A DNA stretch of 64,000 nt, from positions 10,725,045-10,789,044 of the forward strand of contig CM119267.1 of NCBI GenBank assembly GCA_051294375.1. Direction: 5' to 3'. A program made the position numbers and the translations under genes. This stretch comes from Paraspadella gotoi (Eukaryota > Animalia > Chaetognatha). Below, piece by piece: positions 36,241 to 47,651 of this stretch (its first letter is position 1; every line of letters begins with the position of its first letter). The notes below the pieces were generated by a model, which worked only from the letters and a program-made list of their open reading frames with translations, ran no database searches and was not told the DNA's origin.

Positions 36241-37524
36241 AATATAAAATGAAGATAAAAATGGAGGTAAAATTTTTTTGTGCGAGTATTACAAATAAAG
36301 AAATTATAAGTTTGTACTTTTTAAAACCATACATTGCGTAACAATTAAAAAACAATTATATAATTCGAAAATTCTGACTTTTTTACTAAAATTCTAACCA
36401 AATTTTAATTCCCAGTCAAGTGGTCCATATAGCCCATAATAAAAGTTATTTTTATTGAACTTAACTTATAGTTATACAATTACAAATCAAACTTAAAAAA
36501 AAAAAAAAAAAACGATACAAATTCTAAGTTAGCCACCCCACGCCGAAGATATTTCGCAACTACCCTTCGTTAAAAAGGATTCAAAATATACTTGGGTTCA
36601 GAATTTCAAACTACGATCATTCGACTAATGAAATTTTGATTAATAACAGTTGATTACACCGTGGTCATATTATGAAATATAACTATGGCAATTCCGTCGG
36701 TAAACTAGTGATCTATACTGAAATGGCAAGAGATCAATTGTGAATTGGAATTGATTTACAAAACACGAAAACCTTGCTTAACAAAAAAACCAAGGTTATT
36801 TTAAAATCCATTTAATAGATGCTCATGTTACTTCGTCAATCGTCATGAACCTCTGAGTATCATGAGTGTGGTACAGCATCGTTGTGCAAGCACCGCTTAA
36901 AAAAGAAAAAAAATGTAGATGAATTACATTTCTATACAGGAAATCGATAAAAAGTAAATGGAAGCCGTTTTCGAGATCAGCGGAGTAAACAAGATAAATT
37001 AGTGTATAAGAGATCGAAATAACCAAGTTTAAAAAAAATTACCTATTCTAAAAATTTAACAAAAAATAATTTAGTACAATAAATATTAAATAAATAAATT
37101 AATACTGATAACCGTAATTCTCATTCATATAAGTAATTTCAATATACAATTACCATGAAACGGGTGGCGATAACGATTTTATCATTGGGACGGCAAGTTT
37201 TTACGTGAAGCACAATGATTGTTGTCCAATATTTGGAACGGTCGTTTACGCATTTAAGTTATCATACAAACTAATAAAATGCGTTTTAGTTTAAATGAGG
37301 AAACAAAATCGTTAGTATAAAATGAATCACAAAAAGGGAATGCCATGAGTTTTAATAAATTTAATTATTAAATGACCATCATTAAAATAATGTGATGGCG
37401 ATTACACTGGGGAGAGGTGGAGCATTTATGCGAAGAAAATGAGCGAGGAATGAAATGAAAACTATAGTGAATGCTCTCTACCCGCGCTTATAAATTTTAT
37501 CCTCTGAGAAACATTTGATGGCAT

Positions 37525-40500
37525 TTATATCTTTTTACAGACTTTTTTGCAGGCGTGGTGCAAGATAGCGTCGATGAGTTCAAACGTGGTGAGAATGGAA
37601 GCACCAACGAAGAGTCCCATAGCCCCACCAATGTCGCACAGCAAAGTATAAAGTCCGTAAGCTTCACGGTGATGAATGATCTGTCTCCCCTTGTCGGAAA
37701 AAAACAATTCGATTAGAACCACATTGTTTTTCACAAAATCGGAATCTGTAACGCTTGTAAGCTTAAAACGGTTCATATCTTGCTGAACCTCGGCGAGCAT
37801 ATCGAGGAATTCAGTGTCGATGTGACCGATTCTCTTTTTGAAGCTCGTCTGCTTGATAATTGACTGAACGGAATTCTTTATTTGTCTCGTCACTTGATCC
37901 AAAGTAAGATTGGCCACCGTCGAGTTGATGTGAGTGTAATACGTCTTGGAATTTTCTTGATTAATAATGACGGACCACAATTGGAGAAAAGACTCTGCAA
38001 TGCGACCCCATTGATCCTCGAAGTAGTTCTGCCTGACGCGGGCTTCAGCCATGAAAATTGAGACTTCCCGAGCGACCAGCCTCATGTCTGGGGAGATAAA
38101 GTAATTGGCCAACTGGCTCCGCTCAAAGCTCGCGTTTGTGTAAAACTCTTCGATCAATTTACGACCTTCGAGCAATTTGGGCAAAATATCCTCCCTTATG
38201 CTTTCCAAAGACGCTTTTTGCGACTGAATTCTTATGACTAAATCTTCCATCTTTTCCAGGGTTTCTGTGTAATACTGCGTCAATTCTTCCTTTTTTTTAA
38301 CTATTGTTTCACCCCTTGTATAGTATTCGAATGATAATAACAAATTCTTGTAACTAACGTATCTCCGAGCGCCTCTGTCGTAATCTTCTTTAGCCGACTC
38401 CAGTTTTTCCTCGCTTATGGTGTTGACAAAATAAGCTGTTCTGGTTATGTTTAACAAACTGTTGATCGAGTTGATGTACAGATCTAAATTTTGCAGAGTA
38501 TACTTGAACTTCCATTCCGTGGACTCCCTGGTTAACATTCCCTTGGGTATAGCCGCCATCATGGTTTCATTGAGCGGAACCCATCTATAGCACGGTTGCT
38601 CCTTGCGGAAACAATCGTCCAGGTAAGTCAATGCCTCTCTGCCTCTCACAGCGATCTCTTTGTGCGCGATCATGTCTGCCTCAATGACGTCCAGCATCGC
38701 CTTCCTGTAACTTTTGTCCTCCTGCGGCATGGTTATCATCTGTCTCAACCTGTGTTCGAAGGTCAAAAGGACCACGTTGTAGCCCAAAGCGATTTGGCCT
38801 AGGACTCTGGCTTCCCTGTCGTTTACTTCTCTTTTGAAGAACCATTCGTAAATCATAGTCATTGCGTCCAAAAGGTATTCGTGATCCTTGAATCTCCGTT
38901 GCAATTCCTTTCTCAAACTATTTAATTCCCGCTCCGCGGTGTGAACTATGTTGGGAAGTCCGTGCGTCACCAGTATCTCGAAATTGTCGGCAGCTTGGAC
39001 AAACTTATTTAAGACGGCCCGATCCTTGTTCTTCTGCCGGACGTCCGATCTAGCACGCACCTCTTTGGCGACGCGCACCCGACGCCTTAACGATTCCTCC
39101 AAACTCGCGTCGACGACACCTTCCAGAACGGTGGTGCGCAAGGCCGCGCTCGACACAGAGTAGTCGAAGTGGTGCTCCTGGCAAGACTTGGGGCAAGCGT
39201 CGCACACGCCAAGAATTTTAGCCCGGGCGACTTGATAATCTACGCATCCCTCGACGTAACGCTGCCAAACGGAACAGACTTTAGGATATCCCGTGGCCCG
39301 GTTTTCGCTCATATAAGCATCGCGACAGCCGCAGTTGGCGGCGACGAATCGCGAGAGGCAGCGCAAATGACAATCTTCGGGAAGCGGATCGGCCGGTGGA
39401 ACAAACGAAGAAAACCGCAGCAGATCGCCCGATTCCGGGGGAGCGGTACAATTTCCGTAAGGAGACGGTAAAAGATTAACCTGTTCCGCCAGGATACCTA
39501 TTTTAGTCTGACTACCCGGGCCGACGATGATGGCGTTGTCGGCGACCGATGGGGATGACTCTGATGGGTCATGAACGACGACGTAGAAGCCGGCCGAGTG
39601 GTGACCACCCTTCATATACTCGTACTGCTCCGTGTTCAAGGTAAGACGAAGGCCGTAGCTGGCTCCCGTCCCGTTCACTCTCTTCACAGCCTTCGGGTTC
39701 CAATTGAAGGTGTGACATAGTCCGAAGTCAGTGAAGGTTCTGGCAAAGTCCGTGCTGCCGCAGGGAGCCCCGTTCCACTCGCACTTGAGGAGAGCGTCGG
39801 AAATATTATGGCCGAGTCTTTCGAGGACCTGCTTGACCGAGGCGTCGGAGGCGTTGTTGCGCGACGGAAACTCTGAGCTGGAGAATTTCAACGGATCGGA
39901 TGATGTGTCGGCGACGACCGAGAGAAGATCGTATAAATCGCCGTCCACGGCGGAGGAGATTCGAAACCTAGAATAAAGACAAAATTGAATATACAACCTC
40001 GAATAGAATACATAATTTGGGAAGAAAGTTTATCGGGTTAAACAAGCAACTTGGTTGCAAGGAGCCTCACTTGTTTTGATTGCAAAAAGTTATGGCTGGG
40101 AAATCGAGAGGTCCCGACGTTTCGTAAGAGAGATCGATTTGAACGGGAAATGAGAAGAAGAAAGTGAGGCGGACCCATAAAATCCAGGCCAGCGAAAGAC
40201 AGCCCGTCAACACGAGGACGAACCATACGAAGCGACGAAGGGAGAAGGGCGTCGGTTCACAAATAAATCTTAGCAAAGCAGAATAAAAGTAAATCAACAA
40301 TTGGTAATATTGATAATTCTTTTAAGACTGCCGACAAACCTAACGCCATGCCAGGTCGTGTTTTGGCTGCAATCGAAGAAGGCATTTTTCCAGGTGAAAT
40401 GCGATGGTTGAGCGTGAGTTCCGTTACAATTATTGGCGGGTCGGTGGTCGCCGTTGCTGAGGCTTAGGCGGGGACCGACCTTACGCGTTCCCGTCGAGTG

Positions 40501-40662
40501 GTTGTCTGGATTGTCGCGCAATTCGAAGCGATCGTGCTTGGGTTGAAAAAGAAAAATAAGTAGAGTTGAAGTACGTATGGCTCTTGTAAACCTCTCTCTT
40601 ACCTCAGAAGGATGAATATTAAAAGGGTGTATCCCGTATTCATTTGTCATCTTTTCGTCCAT
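37525..40662 (-). CDS. DEG/ENaC (ASIC/FaNaC-like) ion channel subunit with giant extracellular insertion
   Basis: Pre-TM1 TTWHG, TM1, FPAITFCNQN, TDFGLCHTFN, G.G.SYGLRLTLNTEQYEY, Cys-rich thumb, and TM2 LLCDIGGAMGLFVGASILT. Short 5' exons splice to the long exon 39967-37525. Confidence 0.92.
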
Positions 40663-41249
40663 ACTTCGAGCGATTTGACTAGAAATTAAAGTTTCTGTTG
40701 CTTGATTAAGACATAGTTAAACGGATTAAACCATCATTAGTTTTCAATCCCGAGTTTGGTCAGCTTGGAAAATGTATTTACGAAATCCCTTGTTTTTTGA
40801 AATACCTGAGTCGATGAATATGAACATAAAATCATTAAAAAACGTCTAAATGATAGATAAAATATGACGTGTTTGTTTATCGTTAAACAAATACAAAATG
40901 ATAAAAAGAAAATAAAACAAAAAACATTTAGTAAAACAAAAAGGTCAAATAATCATTTAATTCCGAAAACAACTACGAGAAAATAATTCAATATTTGCCA
41001 TGTACCAGGTACCATGTCGATCTAACGAAAATATTGTTTAAAATAGCATTTTTGTCTCTAGCAGAGAAAAAAAATTTTCAAGTTGAGAGCAAGTAAAACC
41101 TAATGTACGTATTATCAATAATCCAACTCCATTGGCTATACGATAATTATGAATAAGAGGGGGGAAAAAGGGAATGTAAAGAATATGACTAGCGCACTAT
41201 GAACATTTGTACATTCCCTAGCATAAATCACTATACTCATTCGCAATCA

Positions 41250-41644
41250 TTAATCTGTGGTAGAAATTCCTTCGCACTTAATGGCGAAGTCGAGAATTTC
41301 TCCTTGAACGAATTTCGAGAGTTCTTCCTGAGAGGCGTTTGGGTGTTCGGCGCAATAAGCGCAGATCTTCCTCACGGTCTCGTCCCGCATTCCATCAATG
41401 AGGGTCTGACCGGAGACGCGCTCGTAAACCTGCTTCATCACGCGGGCGCCTATATCAATGGGAATGAGTTACTGACAACTGATTTCCCAGTAAAATTTTT
41501 AAAAACAGAAATTTTAATGGAAGTGAAAATACCTGTTATGAGGCGAAACATATCTTCTCCCGTTTCGCTCTTATTGAGCCATGCAAGTAATGCGATCTCC
41601 CGAACAAGGTCATCGTTTACCAGAGATTCCATTAATCCAGCCAT
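41250..41644 (-). CDS. Small uncharacterised helical protein (~103 aa, 2 exons)
   Basis: Exon 41644-41533 (donor ACAG|GTATT) joins exon 41449-41250 (ATAG|GCGCC) in frame: MAGLMESLVNDDLVREIALLAWL...ITGARVMKQVYERVSG...CEGISTTD. The composition is coding-like. Confidence 0.7.
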
Positions 41645-42266
41645 GTTTTTAGTCGGAATTTTTCCTGCGACAAAACAGTTTTCCTGGATGGGTACATCAG
41701 TAAAAAATAATTAAGGAATTACAAGGTGTATAGTATGGATGCAAAGAATAAGGATCAGTGAAAGCAATGATCACTACAATCGAATCTTCCAACAATTTAA
41801 TAAATACAACGTAAGAGTAAAAAACTCAATGGAATGTTAACAGGACATTTGGGAACCAAATGGTTTTACCCATAACACATTCCCAAATCTAAACTACATT
41901 CACGGTAAATGAGTCTCTCAGCATTTAGATATATTTTCTTCACGTAACATTCTAAAAGCTTAAAAATTATTAATTAATAACGTTAATCATAAGGCAATCT
42001 AGTTAGATGAAATTAAGCGCAACTATTTTTTTTTTTAAACCGGTCTTACTATCTCGGGAGAAAGATTTAATGACTAGATTCGAATGCAAATAGTCCGAGT
42101 TTGCAGGGTTTTTTTTTCATTTTTGTCTTCTTATTATAATACTTAGCGCTTTAGCTATAGCATTTTCATACGCTATTAAAAAGTTTTAAAATTTTTACAA
42201 AGTAAAAACTTAAATCGAATTTATTTCATCTTTAAAATGCCTACAAAATATAAAAACTAAAAATAA

Positions 42267-45200
42267 TTAAGAGCACATTGAGACAGGTCTTGTCTTACTA
42301 ACATTTCTCGTTTTTGCGGTTTGCCATAAATGATTATGTATTGTAAACGCGTCAATTGTTACAGAAATGTTTTTGGCATATATTTCAGAGAACTTTTTCC
42401 CACCACTGCTGTACTTAAAAAATTTTTCCACCATTGGTGGGCTCACGACCTTTGGTCCGCTGCCACAGATTTTTTCTACTGCTTCACTATCCGGGTCAAA
42501 CGTAAAGACTCCACGATACTGGCATTTCGAATCTCGAAACAAAATGAGGAAGTGCTTTGCGTCAGAATTTTCAAGTTCCGCCACAACTTTCATTTTTAGA
42601 TCGTGGTTTACTGCTCCAGCTAAACAACACTGAGAAATAGAGTTGCAAATTATTTTTTTGTTGGTTCTTTGACTAGGTTGAACATACAGACGAGGACCAG
42701 AATAGTCACTAGTTATTGACTGAGTTTCACTGTGGTCATTTAAAGTAGAAACAGAGCCTCCATGTGTTGACAAAGGACGACTCATACGTCGGGAGGAACT
42801 ACCTGAACGCACGCCGCTACTTTCAGTACGCATGAGGGGTACATGGGAGAAATCAACAAAGTTGTCTACTGGAGCATAACCAGATTCTAAATCTCGAATA
42901 GTGGAGCAAACCATTGGAGCGGAATTTGGTTTGGAATTCTGATGCGAAGGAGAGCGACCTCGACTGTAACGATCTGGGGATGTTCCTTTCGGTAATGGCG
43001 ATGAAACTTTAGGTATAGGCAATGTCGCAGTCTTCTTTTTGACTCCCTTTCCTGTTGATCTAAAAGTTTCTTTATCGACAGGACCAAGTTTTTCCTCTTT
43101 TTTTTGATCAATGTACTCTTTTAAAATTAGTTCCTTTTTCAGTCTTTCAGCTTCTCTTTTTCTTTCTTGTTCTTCAAATCTTTTTTGTGTCTCTTCTCTT
43201 TTCGCCGCAGCTTCAGCCTCCCTTTTTTGACGCTTGAGCTCTTGTTCTTCCTTACGTTTTAACTGCCTTAATATCATTTCTTGTTTTTTTCGTTCCATTT
43301 CTACTTCATGAGTATCTGGTTCGGGAATTGTAGGAGTTTCAAGATCAATAATTTCTTGAGGTTTTCCTGATGCATCCAAAAGCATCATAACACCTGGTTG
43401 TGGAACACGATAAGACGGTGTCTGATTCTTATACTGCTCTGTAGAAGTAGCGGAAATATCAATATTGCTATCGCAAGTTTTAGACGGCTCATTTACGGAT
43501 GTGGAGCTACTTGTATGAGTGGGAGTTTGCACCGCCAGACTTGCCCTAACTTTCCCAGCACTTGACGGTGGAGTCATCCATGCCACATTTCTCGGGCTTC
43601 TTTCATTACACACACTTTTATTTAAATCTATATTTTCATTGTTCTCTGGACCTTGATTCAAATTATTTTCATTAAAATATTCAACTTCACTACTCAAAAT
43701 TGTATTATTTTCGTTACAACACGTTTTGGAAAAATCTGAATTATCTATAGATGATTTTATTACATCATTAGCAATGTCAATTGAGGATTTATATCTATCA
43801 CTATTACTTTGCTCCGAAATAGCATTGTGCTGAGGGTTAAGCGAAGTATTTAATACTGCTGAACTCACTCCAGAATGAATTGATACAGCACTGCCGTAAT
43901 GGGTTGACAGTTGATTTTGAGATGGATGTTGGATAATATTGCTGAGAGAACTGTAATGTGGCATCATAGGTGGTTGACTCTGCAGCTGATGTTGTGAAAG
44001 TTGAGACATCTGGTCCGGTAAATTTAAAACAGGAGTGCAGTGTGGGTACTGAGTAGGCATAGCTTGCAGAGGATATCCTAAAAAGTTACTGTTACAAAGT
44101 TCAGCTCTTGGTGGAGAGAAAAGGGTTTGTTGCGAAGCAAACTCGGGGTTAGCACTAAATTGGCTTTGCAGCTGTTGAGATTTTAATTGCTCTTGTTGCA
44201 ATGATAATCTTTGAATTTCTGCCTGTAGCTCAGAAACACTAGCGGTCAATTGATCTATATGATGTTCAGCTGCAATGCTGCTACTAGTAGGCGAAGGTGT
44301 GTCTCGAATAGGGTCACTTCCAGCGGAAACACTTCTAGCTCTATTCCCTGAATCATAAAAAGATGATTTGTTATCAGTATCACAGTCATTTATAACTTCT
44401 TGCCCACTGACTTCTTTGTGATTAACTTTTTTATCATTACTCAAACTTTCGGTTTTTTCTTCTTTCACTGTTTTCAGAAATAAATCATCAGAACAAGTGT
44501 CGGCCCTTGACGAAATTTCCGGTTTAAGAAAACCATTTTTACCCAATTCATGTGTAGGGGTTTGGCCTGGTGAAGTACCAGGTGTTTCGCGTTCTTCTAA
44601 AATACTGTCATGTCGAGGAGATTGAACACCATTGGCTCCAATAACTTTTAAAAAGGCTGTTTTACCAAACCTTTGTCTGTCTTTATTTATTTTACTTTCG
44701 AGTTTTAGCTTATCTCTTTCAATTGCTCTACGTTTTTCTTCGAGTCTCATTCTCATTGCTGCTAACTGAGTTGATAAAGGTGACTTTATTTGAGGGCCAT
44801 TAGGTTTTAGAGTTTCTATATCACACTCCGTAGCTTTATTTTTTTCATCTTGACCGATTTCACCCCATGTAGTAGGATTTTGAAGTTTATGTTCAACATT
44901 TTCAAGGGCATTTGAGTTAACCCTCGATGATTTTAAACTACTCTTTGGGGATGCTAAAGCAGAAGAAGATGCAGGATCATCACTGTTGCTTTTAGTTCGT
45001 CCTGCAGCTGCCAATTTGTCGGAAATATCTACAAAACTCGTAGTTACAGGAGAATCTAACTTTTTCTCAACAGTTTCATCTGCTTGATAAGCGTTAGAAT
45101 GTCGTAACACAGAAGTAAAATTATCACAGGAACCAAATAAAGCACTTAATCGGTTGCCAGGTGGAGTCTCCGTTTGATTGTTTTTTAAAAATACCTGACC

Positions 45201-47171
45201 ACAAACGCCTCCAGATTTTATATCATCTTCAGTTTTCACATCCTCTTTGGCTCGACATAGGTTTTTACTTTCTTCATTGTATTCAGGGTTTCCAAACTTC
45301 GGTGTAAACGGCGAGGATCTTCTTTTCTTAAAATCGCTATTTAACGTTTTTGGAAGCCCAATAGGAGTTTGTTTTAAAAAAAACTTTACTTGTAAGGCAT
45401 CTTCCGAATTGTCTCCATCAATGACTGGTATATTGGCAGCTCTCGCCGCTTGCTCTGTTATAACTTTTTCTCCAATGTTAAAGCTTTTTGAGGAAATTGG
45501 TTTTTCATCAAATTTTCCTGGATGGAGCATTGGTGCTGCAGAGATAATAACCGGAGACATTGATTTTGACCACGTGCCATTGTTTTTACTTAACTTGAAA
45601 TTAACGTCTTCATTTGATGATTTCCATTTTTTTCTGTAAGTTTTTTTTGATGCCAAATTATTCGAACCATCTTTCTCATTAGCGAGATGGCATTTTGAAA
45701 GGCTAATTTCGTCATCCATGTCACAATTTTCAAGTAGATTTGAGATAGCAGTTCTGGAACTGTTGCAAAACATCTGACCGTCTCTAGAAGAAGAAAGAGT
45801 AGAGTAAATAGACCCCGCAGTCGGTCCTGTTTCAAAAGCTGATCTTGGTCGGATTTTCTTTTCTTGCGAGTTAGTTCTAAACTTTACTAGTAAATCATCA
45901 TTTTCACTGGGATCAATTTTTTTTGGAAGAAGGTTACTTAAAGGATCGGCGGAAAGTCTCTTAGCGACTCCGGGTGTTACGGGAGATTTTGGGGTGTATA
46001 AGCAAGAATCAGTAGTGAGGCTATTGGAGCTTCTTAATCCTGCCTGTTGGACAAAGCTCTGTTTAGTTACTTTCGATATTGGAGGAATATTCGCCGATGA
46101 GAAAAACAATGTTTGTGGTCGCTCTCCATTTGGAGAATTTGTCAATAAGCCACCAAGATTTTCTTCAGCATTTAGATTTAACTCCGGTAAAGTATTGACG
46201 CAAGTTTTTGGATATGATTCTCTTTTTAAAAATCCTCTCGAAGAAAGTACAGAGAACACTTCAGCCAACAGGCACATGAAAATTGGTTTTATCGCACAAG
46301 GAGAATATAAAATGTCTTCTGTTTTTACATCATTAAATGGAAAATCTGGGAAAAGGATTCCAGATGTCCTTAAAAATAACTGAATGTTGTGAATCGAGTC
46401 AGCGATGGATATAGGAACATTTGATGATATAACCGGAGCGTGTCCTTTGAAGATATGCTTTCCGAAATAGAAATAAAGAATTATGCACAAGTACATTCCA
46501 TCAGATAAATCTTCGGAATTTGTAGCAATCTTATTTTCATAGCTATCCAAATTGTCATTCAATTCATTCTCGATGATTTCGAGAAATGTATTATTACTGC
46601 TGATATAAACCTCAGCTATTTTATTAATCCAAAAAAATACCGAATCATCTTGCGATTCCGGAAGATCAGTTGAGGGGCTAAATCTCGCTCCAGATTCTTT
46701 TACAGCTTTAACCGAACTTTCTATAGTAATTGATTGCTTTAAAAAGGCATCCATCATGGCATCAATTAAAAGTAAATGAGCGTTTAATCGCAATGGGGCC
46801 GTTTGCTTCAAGACAGATTCTGTTACTGCAATTCCATTGTCCTCTTCCATGTAGAAACCTTTCCTAGCTAGGCTGCAAATGACACTCGGGACATTGTGGA
46901 AAGGAAGGTTCCAGCTATAGAATAAGTTTGCAGCTGCCTGACAGTAGAGTTCACCAGAACAGAGTAGATTAATTAGATGCGGTTTCAAATTAAAGTTGCC
47001 ATCTATATCGAAGTAAAACGGATCCAAAAGATCATGAGGAATTTCGTTGACGTGGAGGTGACTCTTTAAAATTAGCCACTTCACGGATAGTCTTTGCTTC
47101 GCTGCTCGTTCATCGTAATCTGACATTGGCGTCAGTTCCAACGATGAAGTGTCCCATGAGTCGCCAGTCAT
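42267..47171 (-). CDS. CAMSAP: CAMSAP/Patronin microtubule minus-end-binding protein (single coding exon)
   Basis: N-terminal CAMSAP CH region (AKQRLSVKWL, DLSDG...SIADSIHNIQL), coiled coils (RLEEKRRAIE) and C-terminal CKK domain (GPRLYVQPS..TN..II.NSISQCCLAG.VN...HFLILFRD..CQYRG...IDAFTI). The ATG at 47171 is inferred. Confidence 0.95.
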   Translation of the reverse strand: MTGDSWDTSSLELTPMSDYDERAAKQRLSVKWLILKSHLHVNEIPHDLLDPFYFDIDGNFNLKPHLINLLCSGELYCQAAANLFYSWNLPFHNVPSVICSLARKGFYMEEDNGIAVTESVLKQTAPLRLNAHLLLIDAMMDAFLKQSITIESSVKAVKESGARFSPSTDLPESQDDSVFFWINKIAEVYISSNNTFLEIIENELNDNLDSYENKIATNSEDLSDGMYLCIILYFYFGKHIFKGHAPVISSNVPISIADSIHNIQLFLRTSGILFPDFPFNDVKTEDILYSPCAIKPIFMCLLAEVFSVLSSRGFLKRESYPKTCVNTLPELNLNAEENLGGLLTNSPNGERPQTLFFSSANIPPISKVTKQSFVQQAGLRSSNSLTTDSCLYTPKSPVTPGVAKRLSADPLSNLLPKKIDPSENDDLLVKFRTNSQEKKIRPRSAFETGPTAGSIYSTLSSSRDGQMFCNSSRTAISNLLENCDMDDEISLSKCHLANEKDGSNNLASKKTYRKKWKSSNEDVNFKLSKNNGTWSKSMSPVIISAAPMLHPGKFDEKPISSKSFNIGEKVITEQAARAANIPVIDGDNSEDALQVKFFLKQTPIGLPKTLNSDFKKRRSSPFTPKFGNPEYNEESKNLCRAKEDVKTEDDIKSGGVCGQVFLKNNQTETPPGNRLSALFGSCDNFTSVLRHSNAYQADETVEKKLDSPVTTSFVDISDKLAAAGRTKSNSDDPASSSALASPKSSLKSSRVNSNALENVEHKLQNPTTWGEIGQDEKNKATECDIETLKPNGPQIKSPLSTQLAAMRMRLEEKRRAIERDKLKLESKINKDRQRFGKTAFLKVIGANGVQSPRHDSILEERETPGTSPGQTPTHELGKNGFLKPEISSRADTCSDDLFLKTVKEEKTESLSNDKKVNHKEVSGQEVINDCDTDNKSSFYDSGNRARSVSAGSDPIRDTPSPTSSSIAAEHHIDQLTASVSELQAEIQRLSLQQEQLKSQQLQSQFSANPEFASQQTLFSPPRAELCNSNFLGYPLQAMPTQYPHCTPVLNLPDQMSQLSQHQLQSQPPMMPHYSSLSNIIQHPSQNQLSTHYGSAVSIHSGVSSAVLNTSLNPQHNAISEQSNSDRYKSSIDIANDVIKSSIDNSDFSKTCCNENNTILSSEVEYFNENNLNQGPENNENIDLNKSVCNERSPRNVAWMTPPSSAGKVRASLAVQTPTHTSSSTSVNEPSKTCDSNIDISATSTEQYKNQTPSYRVPQPGVMMLLDASGKPQEIIDLETPTIPEPDTHEVEMERKKQEMILRQLKRKEEQELKRQKREAEAAAKREETQKRFEEQERKREAERLKKELILKEYIDQKKEEKLGPVDKETFRSTGKGVKKKTATLPIPKVSSPLPKGTSPDRYSRGRSPSHQNSKPNSAPMVCSTIRDLESGYAPVDNFVDFSHVPLMRTESSGVRSGSSSRRMSRPLSTHGGSVSTLNDHSETQSITSDYSGPRLYVQPSQRTNKKIICNSISQCCLAGAVNHDLKMKVVAELENSDAKHFLILFRDSKCQYRGVFTFDPDSEAVEKICGSGPKVVSPPMVEKFFKYSSGGKKFSEIYAKNISVTIDAFTIHNHLWQTAKTRNVSKTRPVSMCS

Positions 47172-47611
47172 TTTAAGACGTAGTCGACTGTTCACGCCAT
47201 TTTAAAAATCCATAACTATCTGAAATAAAAAGAAATTTCAACCTTAAGTGAAAAAAATAATAGTTTCGATCACTATCATCGTGTTACATATTAATTTTAC
47301 GCAAAACAATGGTGCACGGCTTGATTTTCTTGGGCTTAATATTATTATCGGTAATATACTTTTGCATAAAAAGATCGAAATGAAAAGTAACGGGAGGCGA
47401 TTTGCGTTGATCATCAACCTTTACCAGAGTTAAGGCTTTCATAAAAGTTGCTCGATAAACGTGGTCGTCGTCGTCATGTAAAACAATCGATGCCATTAAT
47501 ATTATACAATATTAGTAAAATTATAAGCATTTGAGCAGCAAGTCCCTTTTTGGTTGGTCGGTCTGTCGGTCGGTCGTTCTCACCCTTTTGCTTCGAGTAC
47601 TCGCGGCACAA

Positions 47612-47635
47612 CTAAAAATAAAAACATCGAAACAA
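47612..47635 (-). promoter_or_regulatory. Candidate trans-splice acceptor for the CAMSAP 5' UTR micro-exon
   Basis: Minus strand GTTTTTATTTTTAG| lies ~39 nt after the DXO stop. It is followed by a 28-nt exon and donor AGG|GTGAGA at 47583. Confidence 0.5.
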
Positions 47636-47651
47636 AACCCATCTCGTGCTG

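Noticed and set aside
41199-41714. 171-aa plus-strand ORF that would break the one-strand pattern
   Set aside because: It overlaps the spliced minus-strand small gene in antisense and has no recognisable motif.
47284-47496. 70-aa minus-strand ORF between DXO and CAMSAP
   Set aside because: It lies inside the predicted CAMSAP 5' UTR intron (47583-47220), has no nearby acceptor and no recognisable homology. It cannot be fully excluded.
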